A DNA stretch of 64,000 nt from a virus. Its lineage: Duplodnaviria; Caudoviricetes. A program made the translations under genes and the position numbers. Within the stretch, counting starts at the first letter, position 1. Each line of letters opens with the position of its first letter. The notes under the pieces were generated by a model, which saw nothing but the letters and a program-made list of their open reading frames with translations, was not told where the DNA came from and did not search any database. Location: IMG/VR virus record IMGVR_UViG_3300020042_006673, positions 953-64,952 of that record; one strand, written 5' to 3'. Below are positions 56,348-64,000 of this stretch, in pieces.

Positions 56348-58288
56348 ATGTATAAAGTACTTATTACTACGTTCGGTTATCGTGAGACAAATCATGGTAC
56401 AGGCTGTGCAATTCATACTCAAACTGTACATTTTAAGGAAGAGGCAGAGGCCATACTTGCAGCTAAAATCGTAAATGAGAATGCCTATACAAATACAAGT
56501 TTAATTCGATCTGCCGTTTGTTTATTCTGATGGAAAATCTTTATAAAGGAACTATAGGAAAAGCTACAGGAAGCCCTTTTGAAATTGGTGCTAGACTGTG
56601 TACAAGGGATGGTCGGAGAATAGGAAATGCTGTTACGATTGGGATAATCGATATTTTGAAATTTAATAGATATGAGATGTTAGCTATTGTATTGACAGAT
56701 GCAGGCATGACTCTTGAAATGACAGCTGAGGATCTTAATGACTTATTCTTTGCACCGGATAGTTTAGTAGAAGTTCAGACAATAGGACGACACTTTGAAG
56801 GGAGGTCTAGTTAGATGCAACTTGCACGTTATCAGTCTAGTCGTATAATCTTCGTAATTTGTAATAAGCTTGAGTTCCAAGGGTTGCCACCTGATTGTAA
56901 AGTAACGGAGTTGCGGGATGATGGTGAAAAGCTTCTCGTAGAACTCGATAGAAATGTGAAGAATCTAGTTGCATTGGATATTTGTGGGCTATCAATACCG
57001 ATATCAGAGCTCTCTAGAAAAGAACCTACATGGATTGTTAACTAAAGGAGTTGTTATGATAAATCAAGGAGCATTACCTTGTTCGATGCTTTGCAAGGGT
57101 TGTGAATCTGGTGATTTAAATGTACAGAAGTGTGATGCAGGTGTAGTATCGCGTCTCATAGCTAAAAGAGACGATCTAGCAGAGTATGATCATAAACACA
57201 GTTTGAGATCCAAATAATTGATTGCATTAATGAAATTTTAGGAGAATGAAATGATGAACAAAGTTACATATTTCTGCATTAGTATTGACTCAAAAATGAC
57301 ACAGGGAAATACCGTTGAGGAAGCTTATCAGACGATGGTCGCTAAAGTCGGTGCAGTAGATTTTAATACTTGCCAATTTTATAGAGCAAGTCCTGTGGCT
57401 GTAAACCTTGTGGTCGAAGGCGCTTAAATGGCAACATACGTGACATTTGGATCAGCGCATCACCATGTCATTAACGGTAAGGTGCTAGACCATAATTGTG
57501 TTGCTGTTATTAAGTCAATTTCTGCGGAGGAGGGCCGAAGAGAAGCCTTTAGACTCTTTGGTAATCAATTTAGTTTCGAGTATTGGGAGTCTGAAAAATT
57601 ACCTGATATGTCGTATTACTCACGAGGCCTGATTCATTTGGAGGGATAACATGAAGATGTATATTGGACTTTTTATGGTTTGCCTTATTTTTCTAGGTGC
57701 AGTCAAATTAATGGATGACGCCGATTGGGCAAAGTTTAAGAAGAAGCATAACTGTGTATTTAAGGGTTATGATCAAATGGACGGTTATTTAACCAAGAGT
57801 ATCTGGGAATGTGACAATCTAGAAGTCCGAAATTTACGGCATAAATAAGGAACCTTTATGTATTTGATCTATACGCACATTGGTATCAAGATATATTTGG
57901 CAGGCTACGATCCTGAAGACTGTTTCGATCCGTCTTTTGTCTATGTGGTTCAATATAACGGAACACTTTATAAGGTACTTGCGAGACGTTCAATAAGTGG
58001 CATTTCCTGTAGACTATATAGAGCTGATAATGTACAGATTAAGGAAGAGTTCTTCCCTGGCCTTAATTCGTTCAGTACAGCTTGCGCAGAAATCGTGAAG
58101 CTATAATGGAACCATCTTTTGGATTTGTCATGTCTATAGTAATTATTACGGGGATAGCTATTGTATTACCACCCTTAGTCCCTAAAGACCCCAATAGTAA
58201 GTTGTATCAACTCATTGATGCCGGCAGGGTTGGACTTTTATTTTTTACAGTAGGGCTAGTACTTGCAAGTGTTTTTAAGTTATATTAA
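56348..58288 (+). other. Cluster of small hypothetical CDS (56348-56530, ~56530-56814, 56815-57045, ~57056-57217, 57428-57649, 57651-57848, 57858-58106, ~58106-58288)
   Basis: Coupled + strand ORFs with RBSs; several hydrophobic. Confidence 0.55.
57428..57649 (+). CDS. Small hypothetical protein, paralog of the frameshifted gene at 62522
   Basis: VTFGSAHHHVINGK...VIK...GR.EAF..FG...RGLIHLE aligns with the 62522 product. Confidence 0.7.
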   Translation: MATYVTFGSAHHHVINGKVLDHNCVAVIKSISAEEGRREAFRLFGNQFSFEYWESEKLPDMSYYSRGLIHLEG

Positions 58289-58297
58289 AATATCAAC

Positions 58298-58944
58298 GGG
58301 CCTGTAGCTCAGTGGTAAGAGCAAGCGACTCATTAAGGCGTAGTGATACGTTATTGTGCACCACCGAAAAATGCATTGGTAGTCAGAAAGATACACCTTA
58401 AGTATCCTCCTAATATGACATGTAACTGGAGCATATTGCTGGCGTAACAGTACAACCGAAAGGCGGTAAAGTAATAAGTAGACAAAAATTATCTGTATCG
58501 ACAATAGCCGGAGTTTGCATTAAATGTGAGAGTGAGACTCACATGTCTTCCGGATACTTATTAGGTGAATTTTCTCAAAGTCGGCGAACGCTAAAGAATA
58601 TAGGAAAGCCAGAGGCTTCGTAATTCCTATTCTAATACTAGGCTGTAAGTATTGGATGCTGCCAACGCCGAGCCAAACCTGTCGAAAGACCAACAAAATG
58701 CTGTATGAGTAGGATGTACAGAGGAAGGTGTAGAGACTGTATGGGAAATACCTAAGTCCACAAACCGATGATTCTTTCGAGAAACTAGTTGTTTAGACGA
58801 CAAGGTAAAGACACAGTCCAGACCACGAACATATGCAGTCCTAGAGCGCACCGAGAGCGTGGATAAAAGTCTAGGCATATGGCGTCGAAAGACGAAGTGG
58901 TACGAATCGCCTGGTCATAGGTTCAAATCCTATCAGGCCCACCA
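58298..58944 (+). tRNA. tRNA-Ile2(CAU), split: exons 58298-58333 and 58905-58944
   Basis: Joined exons give a 76-nt cloverleaf GGGCCTG...CTCATAA...CAGGCCC-A-CCA, very similar to E. coli ileX; has the C4:G69/C5:G68 pairs used by TilS. Confidence 0.9.
58334..58904 (+). ncRNA. Group I intron (Azoarcus/IC3-like core), 571 nt, no ORF
   Basis: Inserted 3' of anticodon CAU; P1 UCAU/GUGA 58343-46; P3 58571-77/58742-48; P4 UCGGCG 58581-86/CGCCGA 58666-71; GAAGGUGUAGAGACU; P7 58735-40/58813-18; terminal G 58904. Confidence 0.9.
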
Positions 58945-58968
58945 ATTTATTACATAAAGGAGAAATAA

Positions 58969-59271
58969 ATGAATTTTGGAGAGGCACTTAACCTTTTAAA
59001 GTTTGGATACAAGGTTCGTCGAACTGGATGGAATGGTAAGGGCCTTTGGCTCGAATTACAAGTACCCGATGAACATAGCAAGATGACTTTACCTTACATC
59101 TTCATCAGCTACCCAGATACACCAGCGAGTGAGACTGCGCCAGCTAGCCATATAGGCGCGCGTGTGCCTTGGCTAGCTAGTCAGACTGATGTATTAGCGG
59201 AAGACTGGATTGTGGTAAATGAGTGGGTTCCTTCGCCTGTACCACTTCCGGATGACGGTATTCCTTTTTAA
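58969..59271 (+). CDS. DUF2829-family protein
   Basis: MNFGEALNLLK.G.KVRRTGWNGKG...PWLASQTDVLAEDW. Confidence 0.85.
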   Translation: MNFGEALNLLKFGYKVRRTGWNGKGLWLELQVPDEHSKMTLPYIFISYPDTPASETAPASHIGARVPWLASQTDVLAEDWIVVNEWVPSPVPLPDDGIPF

Positions 59272-59280
59272 TAATAATAA

Positions 59281-59357
59281 CTGCCTATAGCTCAATTGGA
59301 TAGAGCAACAGCCTTCTAAGCTGTAGGCTACAGGTTCAATTCCTGTTAGGCAGGCCA
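59281..59357 (+). tRNA. tRNA-Arg(UCU)
   Basis: CTGCCTA/TAGGCAG acceptor, D-loop GGA (A20), ACAGC-CTTCTAA-GCTGT anticodon arm, encoded CCA; argU-like. Confidence 0.95.
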
Positions 59358-59379
59358 TTTCAACTATAGGGATCTTAAA

Positions 59380-62300
59380 ATGAGTATTGAAGGTAAGCTT
59401 AAAACGCCAAGTGACCCGGTATTATTTCTTATAGGCGTAGTAGGTTGGTTAATGGGTATGGCAATAGCCAAAGGTTTTTGGCCTATGCTGATTGCAACCG
59501 TCTTTCCACCATTTGCCTGGTTTGTTGTGATAGATAAGATGTTACAAATAGCAGGATGGATATGAACGATGAAAATATTGATTGACAGAGTCAAACACGT
59601 GCCGACAGATGCACTGCCTGATCAGGTGATGTTTTATTACATGCACGATTGCCACGTCTTTTCACGTCTGTACGGCACCACGATTGATGACGTATTAGCT
59701 ATCGCCGATATAATGGCGAAGGAAAGCCCATGCGGAATGCTTTGCCCACCGATATTGTTGTTGGGTGACAAAGAATTGTACCGACTTGAAGAAGTGGCGC
59801 ACGCCCCATGCTTGTACCATCCACAAAAGTGGGAAAATGGAAAGATTTTATGGCGTAGAGAGTGCGAATCCGACAAAAACATAATTCGACTGATGTCTTC
59901 TAAGTTGACTGACAGTCAAGAGAAAGGCCAGTGATCCTAATAAATACCTAAAGGACTAAAATGAAACCATTACATAGTAAATTCAAAAGACTTAGTCGCT
60001 GCCCTTGTTGTCAAACTGTATATTCTGCAAGTGGCATGCGTAAGAAGAATGATGGCAAGAGTGCTGCAAGGCAAGCTTATAAAAGGGATCTTAACAAAGA
60101 TCTAGGAAAGGATTAGTATGTATTTAATCGTGTATCCTGATTTACGTACCGTCAAGGCTAAGGTTGTACTTCAGACCGAATTCGCGAAAGTGATGTCTGA
60201 TCCTAAATCAATGATTATCTTAGATATTACTGTTCCTGAAACACCCTTACGATTTAATAAAATCAATGAATCATTGGGGCTATTTGAGACTATCGAAGAA
60301 TAAGGATAATTTATGGCAAACAGAATATGGATAGAGGCCTTTGGTTTGATCTAGATCAACTGATTGCTAATTTTAAGGAGACTAGCTGAAATGCCTAATA
60401 TCTCAATACCTCGATTGGCGGAATTAGAACGTGCCGAGAAACGTTTAATTGATTTGGAACAGCAAAAAACTATTGCATGGCTAGGGGTGGCCTTAGGCAA
60501 TGCGCTAGCAATTACTCTAGCTAACAAACCATACAGCAAATGGAGCTCAAACCAAAAAATGCTTTTGCATGCTGTAGCCGGTAATGCAACAACGGCTTTG
60601 GCGTTATATATTGACTCTCTGCCGAAAGACTAAACAATAAGATAGGTCTCTTTGAAGAAATTGAGGAGTAGTTTTTAATGGATAGATATCAAATTGCCCA
60701 AATGGCTTGCGTGTATGCTGAATTAGCAAGAGTCTTTGGGATGCAGGCCGAAAATATGAAACGAAATCAGCGTGGTGAGTCCATAGTTTATACAGAGGAT
60801 GCATTTAATGCTTCTGCATCACGATTGGAGTCGCTGTCGATCAAGATCTTAAATGGTGATTAAGATAAGAAGGGTATAATGGGTATGTTTGATGAAGTTG
60901 TCGTATCTTGCCCTGTATGCAAGAATACTGTTGTATTTCAAAGCAAAGCTGGTCCTTGCATATTTAGGGCATATAATGTCCATGAAGTGCCAATAGCAAT
61001 TGCGTTATCACTGGAGGGCCATAAAGAGGAGTGCTCTGGTTGTGGCGCTGTTATGGCGCTTGTCAGATATAACCCAATGGATACGGTTTCAATGAAAGCT
61101 ATTACTGAGTAAGGAACTTTTATGAACGTTCTTAAGCAAGCAAATGCTTTAAATACGACGGATCGTATAAAATTTGTTGATGAATTACAAGTTAGTGACG
61201 TCGTGGCCGTTATGACCCTTACATATAAGACTACTGAAGGTATTTATGTGGAAGGTTTTACTGCAGATGGGATACATTTATCAGATGGCAAGATCTTCAA
61301 TCTGGACGGTGTTTTAGAGGTAGGTCCGTATTGTACTAAGATACTGTTTAAGCCTGACGTAGAGTCTCGTGAAGAATATCTATCCAGGAGACTTAGAAAT
61401 AAAATAAATCAGTTTAGATGGACTGACTTAACGTCAAATCAGTTAGATGCCGTACTTAAATACGCCGAATCTAAACTCATACGGCAACAAACGTTGCCTG
61501 AAAAGGAATAGTATGCAATTGTTTAAGCCCTATTGTACGAATGTCAAGATCATAATTCTTGACAAAGAAGATGAAAGTAAATACTTAGACTATCTTCTAT
61601 ATATGTCTAATGATATTATGTGCTTGAAGCCTGAGATTCAGGACTTTGCGGAAGCCTTGAGAGATAAATTAAACGGATCTTAAGGACACATTATGAGAGG
61701 AATTATGAAAAGTCGTAGGAGAACTGATAGCCTAATAAACTGGTCGAAGCGCCTGTTAAACACGCTACTTAGTCAGTTCAATCATCCTTGTAAAGAATGT
61801 GCAGTTATTCAAATTCCATTTTGGAAATCTCGTTGTAGCTTTTGTGGTCCAGGTGAAGGTCGGGTAAAGTCATGACATTAGGTGACAAAGATACAAATTT
61901 CGGTAGTATGTTTAGATACGAGTCGACATGGGGTACTGACATACCTCCTGCTTTATTTCCACCTGTGATCTTGGAAGGTGAAATTGGCGATGGCAGGGCT
62001 GGCCTTTATCTGAGAACATTTAACATCATTAGAGTAACACCTAAGGGTGTTTGGATAGCCTTAGAGTATAACTACAAAGGCGAGGTAGCGAAGAAGAAGT
62101 TCATCTTAGCAAATTCCAGAAAGAAATACGCTTGTTTTACTTTGGAAGAAGCAAGGGTCTCGTTTCTTATTAGGAAACAAAGGCAACTAGCTATTCTTAA
62201 GCATCAAATGGAGATAACAGTATTCTCAATAGAGGCCATCCTTAAGGAGATGTGATGGCACGTTTTAGGGTTGATCGAAATAAATCGCGTACGAAAGTAC

Positions 62301-62521
62301 CCTGTGGTATGAACTCTATTATCTATGTTGGAGATCAATTCAATGTAGCCTACGCTATATTCAAAGAATCGTTTCCTGGAATTGATGAATGGGGTCAAGT
62401 CGATAAGCTGTACTGTGTAACATTGGCTGAATGGAGTAGTTTTAAAAAGGATTATATAGTCAGTTATTGTAAAGTTGTCGGACAAGGTAGACTACCCACA
62501 AACACAGAAAGAGAATCGTAA
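59380..62521 (+). other. Cluster of about 12 small hypothetical CDS (e.g. 59380-59565, 59569-59934, 59961-60116, 60118-60303, 60678-60863, 60879-61112 Zn-ribbon, 61122-61511, 61513-61683, 61693-61875, 61872-62255, 62252-62521)
   Basis: Coupled + strand ORFs, most with AAGGA/GGAG RBS; no confident functions. Confidence 0.55.
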
Positions 62522-63212
62522 ATGGAAATTTTTTTGTAACATTCGGGCAAGACCACATTCACACTGTGAACGGAAAGACCTTTGATAAAGATTCTATTTG
62601 CGTCATAAAGGCGGAGTCCTACAAGGCCGGGAGATAGCTTTGGAAGCTTTCGGCACTGTATTTGCGTTCTTTTACTCAGAAGGTGATTGGGAGCCGGAAA
62701 ACACGGCACTGTTTCCACGAGGCTTTATTGAGTTAGAAGACGCGGTGGAGGAAGCCCCAGTGGACGTGATTGTCGCAGAGCTTACCGAACAGACTGAGGA
62801 TAAGCTCGACAAGCTGCGACAGGAACAGAGCGCCTTATGGGAGTTCTCCACAAATGGGGAAGTTAGTCGACTGATAGACGTCGCCAGGGCACGGCTTAAA
62901 GAGTGCTTCGGGGAAAGCTGTGAAGTGTACAACCAGAGTGTGTCACAGCGTTATTACGGGGGACCGCGTTTTTATGTAATGCTTTTTGCATCAGCCTCTT
63001 ATGAAGCTCATCTGGAACATTGCGATGACAGCTCTTTTGTGACACTGGATGCCTTAAGCACCACCTGGGACATGGAAAATCAAGATCTTGTCTGTGTCCA
63101 AATCTTAAGCGAATTGCCTAAAGAAGCGCTTTCGGCGCTAGTAGACCTCGGGAAACTGAAAACGATTGTACAGCAGGCTTCGACTTACCACACAATCTCA
63201 TGCAGCTTTTAG
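62522..63212 (+). pseudogene. Doubly frameshifted gene; N-terminal domain is a paralog of 57428-57649
   Basis: ATG 62522 hits TAA after a T7 run; the next frame reads VTFGQDHIHTVNGKTFDKDSICVIKAESY; the third frame (track ORF 62598) continues GREIALEAFG...RGFIELE. Confidence 0.7.
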
Positions 63213-63250
63213 GAACCTAAATACCAAACATTTCTAAATGGAGAATAAAT

Positions 63251-63781
63251 ATGATCTACATGACGCTTAATCAAATTCGGGAATTTTCACCCTGTCAATT
63301 GGGATGGGTAACTCTGCTTACCTCGTTAGGGAAAAATAAAGCAGACGACGAACCTATACCGTTATCTTGGATAATCAAAAGTAACGGTATCTGTGATGCT
63401 ATTTGGTGTTTCCGTGTTAACTGGTTTGAGCATAGAGATCTTTATATGGCTTTTTTGAACGGCTGTGTAATACGTGCTGATGAGTATGCTGCTATTTATG
63501 GTGCTGACGCAGCTTACACTTCTGGTGCTGCTGTTTATGCTGATGATGCTGCCAAAGATGCTGCTGCTGCTGTTTATGCTGATGATGCTGCCAAAGCTGC
63601 TGCTGCCGCAGATGCTGCCGCAGATGCTGCTTATGCTGCTGCTGATGCTGCTTATGCTGCTGCTGCTGCTGCTTATGCTTATGATGTTACTGATGCTACT
63701 GCTACTGATGCTACTGCTGAGCGCAGAATGCAGGAAACACACCTTTTTCAATTACTCGAGGCTCATGAAACGGTCTCTTGA
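63251..63781 (+). CDS. Hypothetical protein with Ala/Asp/Tyr low-complexity repeats
   Basis: GGAG RBS; TLNQIREFSPCQLGW N-terminus; DAAYAAA-type repeats. Confidence 0.8.
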   Translation: MIYMTLNQIREFSPCQLGWVTLLTSLGKNKADDEPIPLSWIIKSNGICDAIWCFRVNWFEHRDLYMAFLNGCVIRADEYAAIYGADAAYTSGAAVYADDAAKDAAAAVYADDAAKAAAAADAAADAAYAAADAAYAAAAAAYAYDVTDATATDATAERRMQETHLFQLLEAHETVS

Positions 63782-63932
63782 CTAGTTGCAAACCCTATGT
63801 AGATCTTATGCTTTCGTACTTTCACGTATTCGTACGGTGTGTCCCTCAGGGGACATCCCAGTCGAAATGATTGAAGCTAAACGACAGCAATTGAAGACTA
63901 AGCGTTTGATCTGTCAGCTAAAGAAAAAGTAG
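63765..63932 (+). pseudogene. Possible small gene with internal TAG
   Basis: GAGG-ATG 63765, TAG at 63783-85, same frame open to TAG 63930-32 with DIPVEMIEAKRQQLKTKR. Confidence 0.3.
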
Positions 63933-63938
63933 TACTAT

Positions 63939-64000
63939 AGACCGACCTACACTTATACTCCCTTAATTGGGTTGTATAAGTGTAGGTCGGTCTTTTTTTT
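63939..64000 (+). terminator. Long perfect hairpin plus T tract
   Basis: AGACCGACCTACACTTATAC (63939-58) / GTATAAGTGTAGGTCGGTCT (63974-93), followed by Ts to the window end. Confidence 0.8.

Noticed and set aside
58280-58878. Minus-strand ORFs within the tRNA intron as a possible homing endonuclease
   Set aside because: Wrong strand, short, no nuclease motifs; the region is explained by RNA helices
58298-58944. Calling the CAU tRNA a tRNA-Met
   Set aside because: Anticodon arm and C4:G69/C5:G68 match the ileX/TilS-substrate pattern, and it lacks initiator features; residual uncertainty remains
63362-63785. Alternative-frame ORFs (129 aa minus, 103 aa plus)
   Set aside because: Products of the GCT/GAT low-complexity repeat
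1-64000. Genome-wide amber (TAG) recoding
   Set aside because: Only one suspicious internal TAG; many genes, including the portal, end cleanly at TAG and long ORFs are intact under the standard code
1-64000. CRISPR array, diversity-generating retroelement, integrase/lysogeny module
   Set aside because: No repeat-spacer array (repeats found are tandem and coding), no reverse transcriptase or TR/VR pair, and no recombinase or repressor motifs seen

Overview
Near-complete genome of a lytic-looking dsDNA tailed phage. It is AT-rich, essentially every credible gene is on the + strand, and I found no integrase or repressor. Gene order: packaging genes, an accessory virion cassette, portal, a giant MuF(SPP1 gp7)-RNA polymerase fusion, scaffold, major capsid, a long non-contractile tail module (1966-aa tape measure, 1660-aa tail tip), holin/endolysin, a putative early cassette, a second free-standing T7-like RNA polymerase, a T7-type replisome (SSB, family A DNA polymerase, 5'-3' exonuclease, primase-helicase, ligase), nucleotide enzymes, many small hypotheticals and two tRNAs. 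Main hits: (1) a minor head protein (MuF) fused to a single-subunit RNA polymerase with all catalytic motifs intact, i.e. a candidate virion-packaged RNAP, alongside a second RNAP, plus two classes of repeated non-sigma70 promoter-like motifs; (2) a group I intron (13074-13800) with an HNH-AP2 homing endonuclease splitting that polymerase next to its active site; (3) a tRNA-Ile2(CAU) interrupted by a 571-nt Azoarcus-like, ORF-less group I intron; (4) a structured ~300-nt non-coding region near 55.9-56.2 kb. All calls come from motif recognition and manual base-pairing; no database search was possible, so novelty is unverified. The host is probably a proteobacterium (inference).
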